A DNA stretch of 43,241 nucleotides from a virus, in UHGV virus genome UHGV-0383738; one strand, given 5' to 3'. Below, piece after piece: positions 6,744-16,304 of this stretch (its first letter is position 1; each line of letters begins with the position of its first letter). Made by a program: the position numbers and the translations under genes. The notes under the pieces are model-generated. The model made no database searches. It was not told the origin of the DNA and was given only the letters and a program-made list of their open reading frames with translations.

Positions 6744-7709
6744 TTACATAGTACATTTTAATTCACGTAATGTCATATTAACAACTGATGTGCTTGCTGT
6801 AGTGCGCATAAAAAGTGATATGTATATAAATCGTGTTCCAGTAATATTGGACACATCAAAGTTATTCGTTTTTAAATTTCCTGATGTATTTGGTATCTCT
6901 CTCCTCCAATAATCTCCTAATCCAGAGTTATAATCTTTACCGGAGCCACTGGAATCTCGCATATATATATAATCACTGACATATCCAGTAGCTAGAACCA
7001 TTTCACATCCTCCAGAAGCATTGGCGAGAGAATATTTCAGCGTTATTCGATTGATATTATCAAAATTGAGAGGGACATTAAATACAATTGCCGTTGTTAC
7101 ATAATCTGTGCTAAGAGGATTTTCAATGTGAATGTTATCTCGCCCAAATGTCACATCTCCTTTATAGTAAGGTCCACCTTTACGCCCAAAAGATGGAAAC
7201 GAGCTTATTGATTGGCCTGGACCAAACACGCCATTGTAATACGGTGTATACGGGTCATCATTCTCATATCCTTCGTAAGTTCCTACAATAGTTGTATCCC
7301 CTACTCTAATAACTACATTTTTTTTAATATTCGATGCAATAAGATTCGGGAGACTTTCTACAAAAACATCACCTTCCATATATTTACCAGCTGTTTCTAT
7401 TGTTTGTAAATCTGCGCTCGGAACAACATATTGATTGCCTAATGTCGGTATGTTTTGTGTTACAGTACTACCTGATTCATAAAATCCTTCTCCCAAAGAT
7501 AGCGTCTGATTTAATTGCAATTCATACCTTTCAGGTTGTATAATTGGCATTTTTCCAATTTGTTCATTATCACTTCCACGACCTAAAAATATTTTTCCTT
7601 TTTTTACGCTCGATGGAAGAGCAGTTAAATCACTTGTATCTGCATTAGCTCCATTTTTTTTAATTATGCAATCAGCCATTTTAATCAACCCATCCCTCAA
7701 ACGTCCCAA
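6744..7709 (-). CDS. Tail fibre/receptor-binding protein (321 aa). It is a paralog of the upstream 134-aa gene in its N domain.
   Basis: The N-terminal 110 aa align with 7681..8085 (MA[D/E]CI..., ...QNIPTLGNQYVVPS vs ...QDIPTLGAQYVDPS). The remainder is Gly/Tyr-rich and beta-rich. Confidence 0.5.
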   Translation of the reverse strand: MGRLRDGLIKMADCIIKKNGANADTSDLTALPSSVKKGKIFLGRGSDNEQIGKMPIIQPERYELQLNQTLSLGEGFYESGSTVTQNIPTLGNQYVVPSADLQTIETAGKYMEGDVFVESLPNLIASNIKKNVVIRVGDTTIVGTYEGYENDDPYTPYYNGVFGPGQSISSFPSFGRKGGPYYKGDVTFGRDNIHIENPLSTDYVTTAIVFNVPLNFDNINRITLKYSLANASGGCEMVLATGYVSDYIYMRDSSGSGKDYNSGLGDYWRREIPNTSGNLKTNNFDVSNITGTRFIYISLFMRTTASTSVVNMTLRELKCTM

Positions 7710-8085
7710 TATATGGACCTATTTTAACTCCCTTTTTTATTACAGCACTTGAAATTCCCGATATGCCACCTATAAAGGTATTTCCAGTCATATAGGTTCC
7801 TTTGACCCCGGCGGTTGTTCCATTGATAGAAGGGTCAACGTATTGCGCCCCTAGCGTTGGGATATCCTGTTTTAATGTTATTGAAACAAAATATCCTTCT
7901 GGGATATAAAATTTTCCATTAATCGGGAAATCATGTTCCACATTATAATAAGTTGGCATAGTTCCCTCTTGTGCATTTTCTGTTCCTGCACCAATAAACG
8001 TTTCTCCATACCTGACATCTTCTGGTTTTGCAGTAAGATAGTCATTATTAAACATGCCTCCATTATATAGTATACATTCTGCCAT
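7681..8085 (-). CDS. Short paralog (134 aa) of the fibre/RBP N-terminal domain.
   Basis: See the alignment with 6744..7709. It overlaps the downstream gene by 29 nt. Confidence 0.45.
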   Translation of the reverse strand: MAECILYNGGMFNNDYLTAKPEDVRYGETFIGAGTENAQEGTMPTYYNVEHDFPINGKFYIPEGYFVSITLKQDIPTLGAQYVDPSINGTTAGVKGTYMTGNTFIGGISGISSAVIKKGVKIGPYIGTFEGWVD

Positions 8086-8086
8086 G

Positions 8087-8563
8087 CTAATTCCCTGCCC
8101 CTTTTACGATAATTTGAAAATCTGTTGATGGTTTAGAACCATAGCAATATAATGTAACAACTCCATTTCCGCTTTCAGCACTATCGACATATCCAAAAGC
8201 TTTTTTTCTCTCTCTGGCTACGCTTGCGCTTGGTTTATCCCCTAAATATGGACCACCAATAATAAGCCCTATGTTCTCTTTTGCTCCAGGAACACCAACA
8301 GTCTGCGAATAGGGCACAGATGTGCTCCAATTTTCCGAAAGAACCATAATTCTTTTTATACCTTTAATATCTTCGATTTCTGAGTTATTTTGTAATACAG
8401 CCTTATTGGTTTCGTTAATATCATCAGCCGTAAAAATGTCTCCTATTTCCTGATACTCTGTTTTATCTTCAAGCGTTGTTAGGCCGGTTGACGCATCTGT
8501 GGTCATCTTATATTTTCGTAATCCGGAAAATTTGTCATTTTTAAAATTTGTTTTCAAATTCAT
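8087..8563 (-). CDS. Hypothetical baseplate/tail-tip protein.
   Basis: ORF-track entry on the late strand, ATGA-coupled to the upstream gene. Confidence 0.45.
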   Translation of the reverse strand: MNLKTNFKNDKFSGLRKYKMTTDASTGLTTLEDKTEYQEIGDIFTADDINETNKAVLQNNSEIEDIKGIKRIMVLSENWSTSVPYSQTVGVPGAKENIGLIIGGPYLGDKPSASVARERKKAFGYVDSAESGNGVVTLYCYGSKPSTDFQIIVKGAGN

Positions 8564-9000
8564 AGCTTAATACCTCTATTTCCTAGAACTTTGGTTCCCA
8601 ATTTAAACGACAAATGCTGAGGACCAGGATAGGACTTTTCAATCAAATTACCTAAATCATAAATGATTTTTTCTATGGCATTGGCCTGATAAATTGATGT
8701 GTATGTTATCTTATCTGGGGTAAGGGGAGTGCTATCGCCTGTATAGTACGCGTTTCTTATTGCAACTATATTTTTTCTTAGACGTTCCATTTCTTTATCC
8801 GTCCTATGGTCCTCAGGTTTCCAATTCAGCTTGTTGTTTGTCGTATTTCTATATCCATACTGATTGAGAACATAAGATACCCATTTAATCGCCTGTTCGA
8901 TTCGGTTTAGGTCTTTATAATCAATGTAAGCTTTGTCAGTTAATTCTATTATGTCTGACTGCGTACGGTCAAAAATAAGAGATTCTAAATACTTACTCAT
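8560..9000 (-). CDS. Hypothetical tail/baseplate protein.
   Basis: ORF-track entry on the late strand, tightly packed. Confidence 0.45.
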   Translation of the reverse strand: MSKYLESLIFDRTQSDIIELTDKAYIDYKDLNRIEQAIKWVSYVLNQYGYRNTTNNKLNWKPEDHRTDKEMERLRKNIVAIRNAYYTGDSTPLTPDKITYTSIYQANAIEKIIYDLGNLIEKSYPGPQHLSFKLGTKVLGNRGIKL

Positions 9001-10855
9001 GTATTTTTACCTCTGCCTTAATTTCGTTGGGAGAAAAGCTGTAATTGTAGCTCTCAATAATACCAGTGCGGTATCCATCATAATCTGTATCAATCCTAAC
9101 CTTCTGTCCTAGTTTTTTATTTCCTATAAGTACATCCCCCACCACATTTTCTGCGCGCTGGTAATATGCATATACGCGTTCAAGCACTTGCTGAGCATTA
9201 CCATTGTGCACCAACGTTGCATCTGTTACTTCACGAATATTTTTGTTAAACACAATATCAGGATTCTCTTTAAGGATTGATGTTGTAAGATGGTTGTATT
9301 TCTTTCCGGTTAGTATTACATTTCCACCGGTTCCGGTTATGTAAGCATAGTTATCACCAGACTGACCAATGGTGCCGCCAGTTATCTCCAGACCATGATA
9401 AGGCTCACTAAAAATAACCTCTGCTGTTCCATTCAAAGTATCATTATATAGTTCTTGCGCCTCATCCGATTTTTGATATGTATGAACTGTTAGCCGGATT
9501 CCTGTGACAATATCAGAATGCTCCAATGTAACCCCAGAAAATACTTCATCATTCAAAAATTCACCACTCAAAGCATTTTCTTGCGGATAGATAACAATTC
9601 CGTCATAATTGCTTGTATCTGCAATAGCTCCAATAGCAAAGCATATGTATACTAATGCGTTTCTCTTTGTGGTATACGGTATGTAACCATAAAGCGGAAT
9701 ATCTGAAAATGATTCATCCAACAAATAATTAAAATCTTCATTCTCAAATATTTTCTCTAATATCTCAGAAACCGGCTGGCCTGTATATATTCCTCCAACA
9801 AATTCATTACCATCCAATACCCCCACCGCATCATGCGCGTCCATATGGTAATCCGTTTTGTTTTTCCTGGCACCGTTTTTAAGATAAAAATTTCCTATCA
9901 ACTCACCGTTGAAATATAAAGTAAGTTTCTGCTTTTTCTGTAAATCAAACGGTATATCGGATGTTGTCCTGACCGTGAAATTCAAGGTGTTAATACTTAT
10001 GCTTTCTGATATTGCATTGATTTCTTGCAAACAGTTTCTTTCCAATAATTCGTTGTCCAGAAAATCACGGTATATTCCATAATCTATTCTGGTAACAAAT
10101 ACTGGCCTTATGGGTTTTGATGTCTGCAAAAACGTGATTTCAAGTTTATTATATCCTCTCACATAGTTATTACAAAAATATCGCACTGATTCCGGGGAAA
10201 ACTCCATATCTGACAATAGGTTATTATCCGCGTACCACTTTACTCTCATTCGTGTGCAATAATCTCCAGACATCATATTAAAAGTAAAAAGCAGTCCTAC
10301 ACTGGTGAATTTTTGATTAAAGGTTACTGTCAGCATGGGGGATTCAATTAACTTTTCAGTTGTTGATTTAGGATATAAAAACATTCCTGGATGCAAACCC
10401 ATTTGGGGCTTAAGTCCTTGGCTTTGCTTAACATATTCGAACAATCCTTGTTCATTTGATACTTCTGGGCTTATATATCCATACGGAAGCGGATTATCTG
10501 GAAAATTGATATACTTTCCATTCAGCAGAGAAAACCGTGGAAAGCATAGAGCATATCCAGGATAAGAAATATCATCTCGCTTTAATTCTGGAAATTCCTG
10601 CTCTGTTATTGTCCCACGCGGATGTAAACCAGGGCCTGGACGAAGTCCTATTCTCGGTCTTAATCCAGGTCTTGTAATGGATGCTGTACTATTTTCTTTG
10701 GCATAAGGGGCCAAGTCATCATAAACAATCTTTAATCCCTCAGTATTCTGTTCTGCATCAGATAATATGGATTGCTTTAAAAACACATCACGGCCTCCTC
10801 TGCGGCTCCATAGCGGTAAAGGTAATGGATAACCCGGTCCAATGGTTACGCTCAC
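8993..10855 (-). CDS. Tail-associated protein (Tal-like, baseplate hub/host-interaction). The real start is probably internal to the 620-aa ORF.
   Basis: Large beta-rich protein directly after the Dit-like gene. Its first 68 nt overlap 10788..11198 in another frame. Confidence 0.55.
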   Translation of the reverse strand: MSVTIGPGYPLPLPLWSRRGGRDVFLKQSILSDAEQNTEGLKIVYDDLAPYAKENSTASITRPGLRPRIGLRPGPGLHPRGTITEQEFPELKRDDISYPGYALCFPRFSLLNGKYINFPDNPLPYGYISPEVSNEQGLFEYVKQSQGLKPQMGLHPGMFLYPKSTTEKLIESPMLTVTFNQKFTSVGLLFTFNMMSGDYCTRMRVKWYADNNLLSDMEFSPESVRYFCNNYVRGYNKLEITFLQTSKPIRPVFVTRIDYGIYRDFLDNELLERNCLQEINAISESISINTLNFTVRTTSDIPFDLQKKQKLTLYFNGELIGNFYLKNGARKNKTDYHMDAHDAVGVLDGNEFVGGIYTGQPVSEILEKIFENEDFNYLLDESFSDIPLYGYIPYTTKRNALVYICFAIGAIADTSNYDGIVIYPQENALSGEFLNDEVFSGVTLEHSDIVTGIRLTVHTYQKSDEAQELYNDTLNGTAEVIFSEPYHGLEITGGTIGQSGDNYAYITGTGGNVILTGKKYNHLTTSILKENPDIVFNKNIREVTDATLVHNGNAQQVLERVYAYYQRAENVVGDVLIGNKKLGQKVRIDTDYDGYRTGIIESYNYSFSPNEIKAEVKIHE

Positions 10856-11198
10856 CTTCTTTTCCGTTCTTGTTGATTTTTAAATCATCATCCCCGCTCG
10901 TTATGTATGCTTCAAACTCTTTGGTAACTTGACCATATGGAAATACCATATTATGAGACTCGACTGGAGCGGAGATAATTTCATAAAATGTATCATAGTC
11001 AGCCGGATTACTTCTTTCCGCATCAATATCTAGGGTATAATTATAAAATGTACCAATGATATCCCGGTGCATCCGGTAAGACTGCAAACGTCCAGAATTT
11101 TCACTATCTGCGACCGAAAAATTTCGCTTTAAGGATTTTACCCATAGGCGGAGATTAACTCCGTCTATGGTAAATACTCCGTTCCCATTCTGAGCCAT
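10788..11198 (-). CDS. Distal tail protein-like (Sipho_tail-type N domain).
   Basis: FTIDGVNLRLWVKSL... follows the tape measure stop immediately, which is the conserved Dit position. Confidence 0.5.
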   Translation of the reverse strand: MAQNGNGVFTIDGVNLRLWVKSLKRNFSVADSENSGRLQSYRMHRDIIGTFYNYTLDIDAERSNPADYDTFYEIISAPVESHNMVFPYGQVTKEFEAYITSGDDDLKINKNGKEGERNHWTGLSITFTAMEPQRRP

Positions 11199-13654
11199 TA
11201 TACGCTACCCTCCGTGACCATTCTTACACCCACACGGTTCTTTTCGTTGTTTCCAAATTTGACTACAAGCTGACCAAATCTTGTACCATCAAGTATTAGC
11301 TCCGCTTTAGCAATCTGGTTTCCACCAGATATATTGCTTTCTGCCAGCGCTTCCTTAAGTGCTTGCTTCATAGTTGATAGCGGAGACACAACTTCTGTTT
11401 CACGGTTGTTATCTCCCAAGATAGCAGCAAACATTCCTGCCCGCGGTGGTACTACTGTACCGGTTGCAAGCATTGGCATTTTATAGGGGACTGCTGCATA
11501 GGCAGACATGGGGTAGTCACTTCTTCCTCCATACCCACCAGAATATCCGGCAGATGCAGCACGCTTACCAGCATTAATTGCTATTGTAGCAGCAGCTATT
11601 CCGGCAGCTAATGAAGCAGCTACAACACCAGCGCCTACACCACCAGCTAATGCTCCTAAAGCGACTGCAAGAATTCCAACTGCCGAAGCCGCTGCAAGAA
11701 TACTTGCTATAACTTTTTCTGTTGGAGACATGTTGTTCCAGTTCTTGGCCAACACAGCAATCAGCGATATTATGCCTGATATAGCAAGGACAAGGGGATT
11801 TATATTTGATACGGTTCTTGCTAAAAGTGAAATAACACGTTCTCCAATTGCTAAAAAGCCTCCAAGATTGCTTATTAATTGTCCTATGCCCAATACAAAT
11901 GCTGAAAACTTCCACGCCGCAAAAAATGCCAGTACTGCAACTGTAATATTTTCAACCAATGTCTGATTTTGACTTACCCAATCCGAAAATTTAGTCAACC
12001 ATTCTACGACTTTTTCTAATGCAGCTATGATAACTGCCCCGGTCCACTCTCCTAATGGCTGTAAAAATTCTTCCCATAACCATATCCCCAATGGCTTCAG
12101 TGCATCAATCACACTATGTATTGCTTTCAGGGCTGCTGCAATTAAATCAAATACAGTTGGCAACGCTTGCTCTACTCCCCATTTTGCAATTGGAAGTAGT
12201 ACATTGTTAAGAAACCACAATATCAAGTTTCCAACATCTGATACAATAGGTTTTACAGCAATCAAAATCCTGTCAAAGCTTTCCAGCAAAGGTGAAAAAT
12301 CCAAATCCGCAGACCATTCTTTTAAACTTTCTGATGCTTGACGGAAAAATCCTGTTATTTCAAGAATAATATCCCCAAGGTGCCTTAAAATGTTTGTGCC
12401 AGTATCGCCAGATACCCACGCCTTATCAAAGTTTGTAACTAGATTACCAACTGTATCAACCAGATTTGCAAAAGTAATTAGTAAATCATCCGTGATTGCT
12501 TTCCCATATCCCTCTACATTCCACACCTGCATAAACGATGCGCCTACATCACTTGCAAGCTGCTTAATAGCAGAGAATGTGTTTTGCAACGAACTCATTA
12601 CCTGTGGGCCATTTTCAAGCCACGATTCCTTAAGCGGGTCGAACAGTTTCCCGAGCGTATCCTTTATAGCCTCTGCCTGTAGCTTAATATCATTGGATAC
12701 TTCTTCCGTGGTAAACATATCCTCTGGTTTAAGCTCGTTCTTTTCTTCGCTTTTTTTCTTTCCTGTTGTTATCTGTATCAGCTTGTCAAATGGTGCTAAT
12801 GCCTTTTCTGTTTCTTTGGCTGCATCCTTGGTTTCGTCTTTGGTCTTATCCAGACTATCCGCATAATCCTGCTGAACTTTAACCGCCTTGACAAATGTAT
12901 CCTTTCCAGTTAATGCCGCCAGCAGTTGCGCCGTCCAGGTGACGGCCTGGGATAACAAATTGATGAACTGTGCCAGGGCTGGAGCTGCGTACTCAACCAA
13001 CGGGGAAAAGGCTGTGCCAAAGGAGTTTTTAAGATGGGTCATACTGGACATTAGCATGGATAATGCTTTATTGGTATCATCTGAATACTGGGCCAGATTA
13101 TCCATACCTTCTTTTAATCCGCCCGTTACTGCGGAAATGGCACGGAATACAGTGCTAAATAAGATAGATGTTGCAAGCATTCGGCCCAATCCCATTCGTG
13201 CACCTCGGGATGCTTTCTCAGTACCTTTTAATGATTTATTGAGCTTACTTCCACTTTTGCTTGCCTTCTTTTGCTCATTATCAACACCGAGCAGCTTTTT
13301 TTTGTAATCCTGCATTGCTTTTTTAGCCCGTTGCAATCCTGCTAATGCCTTGTCATATGGCGCATCGCCAAGTCCATAACCAGCCTTTTCAGCGTAATAC
13401 AATGCATCTTTATACCGGTCCACTTCATCTTGCAAATTGCGTACACTTGGTGTAAGACTTTGTATGGATTTAGAAGCAGATGAAAATGTATGTTTCATAA
13501 TGCCTGGAATATCCTTAAAAGCCTGAGGTAGCAATTTTATATAATCCATTGTGCCGGATAGCGTCCTTTTGATATCTTCGCTGCCTGTTTTTGCACCATC
13601 CGTATTGATTTTAGTATCTATTAATACAGTTCCATCAGGTTGCAAAGATATCAC
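11198..13654 (-). CDS. Tail tape measure protein (818 aa).
   Basis: Long alpha-helical protein with a central cluster of hydrophobic/TM segments and a C-terminal Gly-rich region. Position between the chaperone pair and Dit. Confidence 0.85.
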   Translation of the reverse strand: MISLQPDGTVLIDTKINTDGAKTGSEDIKRTLSGTMDYIKLLPQAFKDIPGIMKHTFSSASKSIQSLTPSVRNLQDEVDRYKDALYYAEKAGYGLGDAPYDKALAGLQRAKKAMQDYKKKLLGVDNEQKKASKSGSKLNKSLKGTEKASRGARMGLGRMLATSILFSTVFRAISAVTGGLKEGMDNLAQYSDDTNKALSMLMSSMTHLKNSFGTAFSPLVEYAAPALAQFINLLSQAVTWTAQLLAALTGKDTFVKAVKVQQDYADSLDKTKDETKDAAKETEKALAPFDKLIQITTGKKKSEEKNELKPEDMFTTEEVSNDIKLQAEAIKDTLGKLFDPLKESWLENGPQVMSSLQNTFSAIKQLASDVGASFMQVWNVEGYGKAITDDLLITFANLVDTVGNLVTNFDKAWVSGDTGTNILRHLGDIILEITGFFRQASESLKEWSADLDFSPLLESFDRILIAVKPIVSDVGNLILWFLNNVLLPIAKWGVEQALPTVFDLIAAALKAIHSVIDALKPLGIWLWEEFLQPLGEWTGAVIIAALEKVVEWLTKFSDWVSQNQTLVENITVAVLAFFAAWKFSAFVLGIGQLISNLGGFLAIGERVISLLARTVSNINPLVLAISGIISLIAVLAKNWNNMSPTEKVIASILAAASAVGILAVALGALAGGVGAGVVAASLAAGIAAATIAINAGKRAASAGYSGGYGGRSDYPMSAYAAVPYKMPMLATGTVVPPRAGMFAAILGDNNRETEVVSPLSTMKQALKEALAESNISGGNQIAKAELILDGTRFGQLVVKFGNNEKNRVGVRMVTEGSV

Positions 13655-13655
13655 C

Positions 13656-14213
13656 TCACTTTAGCAACTCTGCAAAATAATCAAATTCTTCTTTAGATTT
13701 GTCAGTGGATTTTTCAAGTTCACATAGCTTTTTATTGTTCTGTAAAAACTCCTGCTCCCACTTTTCTAAGCGCTTCCCTTTTGACAGTTTCTGCCGGATA
13801 GAAAGGACCTGAGAAAACAATCCGTCCCCAATTTCCATGAACCATCCGTAGAAAGTCCACCAATGGATTATCTGGCATCCGCGTGTTTCAAACCCTGCAA
13901 TCCTGTTAACCGCTGGGAAAATAATTCCTGCGTCCTGTTCCCAGTCAATTACACGCGGTGATGGAGTATCTTCATGCACCACACCACAGTCGATAAACCA
14001 TAATGCTTTTTCTGCCGCTTCTGTTAAATCGTGCGGAGGCGGGATAACGGGCCAGTAAAGAATTTCAAGCATTGCTTGTGTTTTCTCTGGGTCAGATAAT
14101 TCTTCATCTGCAAAGGCTGATAAAATATCTAATATTGCCCGGAAGTCCTCACGAATTTCATAGTCTATTCCATTAACAGAGAGAGAATATGGGAGGGACC
14201 ACGCTGCGCTCAT
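13656..14213 (-). CDS. Tail assembly chaperone (Gp15/gpT-like).
   Basis: Position immediately upstream of the TMP. Acidic protein, overlapping the upstream chaperone gene by 4 nt. Confidence 0.5.
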   Translation of the reverse strand: MSAAWSLPYSLSVNGIDYEIREDFRAILDILSAFADEELSDPEKTQAMLEILYWPVIPPPHDLTEAAEKALWFIDCGVVHEDTPSPRVIDWEQDAGIIFPAVNRIAGFETRGCQIIHWWTFYGWFMEIGDGLFSQVLSIRQKLSKGKRLEKWEQEFLQNNKKLCELEKSTDKSKEEFDYFAELLK

Positions 14214-14680
14214 TTTACGGGAAATGGGTATTTTCCCGGACCGGCATTATACGGTTGTGTATATTTTCCGGCCTTACTTTCCATTTCCGTAAAATTCTTA
14301 CCGGTTTCCTGCTCTATGATTTTTTGGACACTTTCAAGTATTACCAGCGCCCAGGGGTCGCCATTTTCCATAGGGGTAAATGGACTGGCGATTTTGAAAA
14401 AACCGGAAGTATCGGCATTAAACAGATAATCAAACTTATCTTGCAGAGACTTTGCGTATCTGTTGATTGTCTCTAGGGAAAGTTCTTCCTTTTTTTTACT
14501 ATCAAGAGTTTCTTTTAATTCCATCCACATATCCTCGAATGCTCTATACACATTCTGCTGCCGCTCGAATATGTCAAGGTCTGTTGGAACAAATTTAAAA
14601 GTTGCCAACACATCTCCATGCTGGTCAGTAAAATCGTAGTATTTAACCGGACTTTCAATATTTATTGGAATATTAGGCAT
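14210..14680 (-). CDS. Tail assembly chaperone (gpG-like).
   Basis: Position between the major tail gene and the TMP-proximal chaperone. Confidence 0.5.
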   Translation of the reverse strand: MPNIPINIESPVKYYDFTDQHGDVLATFKFVPTDLDIFERQQNVYRAFEDMWMELKETLDSKKKEELSLETINRYAKSLQDKFDYLFNADTSGFFKIASPFTPMENGDPWALVILESVQKIIEQETGKNFTEMESKAGKYTQPYNAGPGKYPFPVK

Positions 14681-14691
14681 GATTAATCTCC

Positions 14692-15264
14692 TTATTCGGA
14701 CAACGAAGCAGGACTTGCCCCATCAGCCGTAAAAGCCATTGTTGTAGGGTCTACAGCGCCAAGAGTCCTATCACCTACATAATGCACCGTATGAGCTGCG
14801 GAAACACCTTTCAGTCCTCCTGCAAAGTCTCCCAACTCAACAACCCCCTCTTGCACCCATGCACGCATCTTTCCCGTGCTGTCGGTTTTGTATCGCTTTA
14901 CACAAAGATATTTCAGCCGCAAATCTGACAGAGTTGCCCTTTCTTCCATAAGCGTATCTATCTTTTGAGCATATTTACTTTCGCCTGATACATTAGTCGG
15001 GTCCACTGTCATGCTTTCCGCATATCCGGTGATATCATAGTTATTATTTCCAAGCACATCCTGGCTTTCTTCCGTCTCTGGATTCATCGAAATCGGCATA
15101 TCCTCAACGCCTTTTCCAATAATTTCAAGTTTATCTTTTGTGATATTTGTGGTGCTTCCATCAGTTATCCAAAAGACCATAAAATCTTTTCTTTTTGCCT
15201 CTCCATCGGCATAAGTCCACGTTGCCACTGTTTTTCTCCTTTCAAATAAAAATAGAGCCATCAC
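14692..15264 (-). CDS. Major tail protein.
   Basis: Conserved position. The N-terminal ...ATWTYADGEAKRKDF... is typical of TP901-1/phi13-type major tail proteins. Its GTG/ATG start lies inside a hairpin (15254-15274). Confidence 0.65.
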   Translation of the reverse strand: MMALFLFERRKTVATWTYADGEAKRKDFMVFWITDGSTTNITKDKLEIIGKGVEDMPISMNPETEESQDVLGNNNYDITGYAESMTVDPTNVSGESKYAQKIDTLMEERATLSDLRLKYLCVKRYKTDSTGKMRAWVQEGVVELGDFAGGLKGVSAAHTVHYVGDRTLGAVDPTTMAFTADGASPASLSE

Positions 15265-15274
15265 ACAAGGCTCT
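15241..15274 (-). terminator. Hairpin AGAGCC-N9-GGCTCT followed by a U-run on the minus strand. It is terminator-like and encloses the major tail start codon.
   Basis: 6-bp stem, 9-nt loop, then AUUUUUAUUU in the minus-strand RNA. Confidence 0.35.
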
Positions 15275-15294
15275 GCGTCTTAGCGTCTGGCTCT
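15269..15294 (-). promoter_or_regulatory. Conserved late-operon element copy A (minus-strand AGAGCCAGACGCTAAGACGCAGAGCC).
   Basis: Near-identical to 19830-19854. It overlaps the stop codon of 15293..15808. Confidence 0.45.
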
Positions 15295-15808
15295 ACCATC
15301 TTTCAAAATCATATTTATATTCTATCGATACCGGAAGTATCCAATCTTGCACACCACTTTCCTGCGGTTCCAGGCCATAAGAGTTATCACGGGTAACTTT
15401 GGTTATCTTTCTTCCCTGGGATAATGTGGGATAATTTGATAATCGTTTCTCACTCCCATCAATCACAACCGGCTCACGACACAGCCACTTTCCAAACGTA
15501 TCAAGAAATTCCTGTATGCTCATCTTCTGCCGCTCTTTTGTGGAGGATGTACGGTATATAATATAGAAAGGATACTGGCAGGTCTGGCGCACTCCACCCA
15601 GTACATCCTCAGTCTCAGAAAAGATTAAGGCTCCATTATCTGCCGAAAATGCAATCCCACTATCCTCACCCAATTCTTCAAACTTAACGGTTTCATTTTC
15701 ATACAAACCGGGGAATTGATTAAGCAAGGCCTTTACAGCGATTGTCAGCACATCATATCCGCTTGCGTCTTTTCCTATTGGTTTTCGTTCATCACCCACG
15801 CTTTCCAC
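15293..15808 (-). CDS. Tail completion / head-tail joining protein (hypothetical).
   Basis: Position between the connector genes and the major tail gene. Confidence 0.45.
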   Translation of the reverse strand: MESVGDERKPIGKDASGYDVLTIAVKALLNQFPGLYENETVKFEELGEDSGIAFSADNGALIFSETEDVLGGVRQTCQYPFYIIYRTSSTKERQKMSIQEFLDTFGKWLCREPVVIDGSEKRLSNYPTLSQGRKITKVTRDNSYGLEPQESGVQDWILPVSIEYKYDFERW

Positions 15809-16304
15809 CTCCAGCCGTTTTCTTGGCTTGCTTTATCCATGATTTACCATCTGCTTTTTTTGCTGCATCAAACCATTTAGCCTGTGCCTTAGGATGCGCT
15901 GTTTTGGTATACTGTAAATCCTCTTTTGCTTTGGTTTTTCCTCCATATTGGCTTACTAATACCTTTTTAGTACCCTTTGTAGCCCAAGTACTACCAGTAA
16001 CAGTACTAACCATAGTTTTACCCCGATACAGAAAACGACCAGCAGGGCCATATGCGGCATATGCTTTTCCGCTCCCTTGTACTGCGGCACTCGCTGCTCT
16101 GGTAACATCCACAAAATCGCCTGTAATCATAGGCATAAAAGGGACCATACTATTCATGACATTTCCGTCAAGCTGATACTGCGCGCGCTGGAATTGCTTA
16201 TCAAACCGGGTTAAATTAATCTTGATTTTGATATCCGCATCAACAACAGAGAATCCTTTAAAATGTGTTGTTTTACTTGCCATATTATTTCCCCAATATC
16301 TCAA
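15792..16304 (-). CDS. Minor capsid / head-tail joining protein, Lys-rich C-terminus.
   Basis: Position and composition are typical of siphovirus minor capsid proteins. Confidence 0.45.
   Translation of the reverse strand: MRYWGNNMASKTTHFKGFSVVDADIKIKINLTRFDKQFQRAQYQLDGNVMNSMVPFMPMITGDFVDVTRAASAAVQGSGKAYAAYGPAGRFLYRGKTMVSTVTGSTWATKGTKKVLVSQYGGKTKAKEDLQYTKTAHPKAQAKWFDAAKKADGKSWIKQAKKTAGGGKRG

Noticed and set aside
11574-13307. Several ORFs antisense to or nested in the tape measure gene (11574..11915, 11730..11966, 12027..12341, 12390..12866, 12888..13307).
   Set aside because: They are shadow ORFs of a long, biased coding region. They are Ser/Cys-rich low-complexity translations with no RBS.
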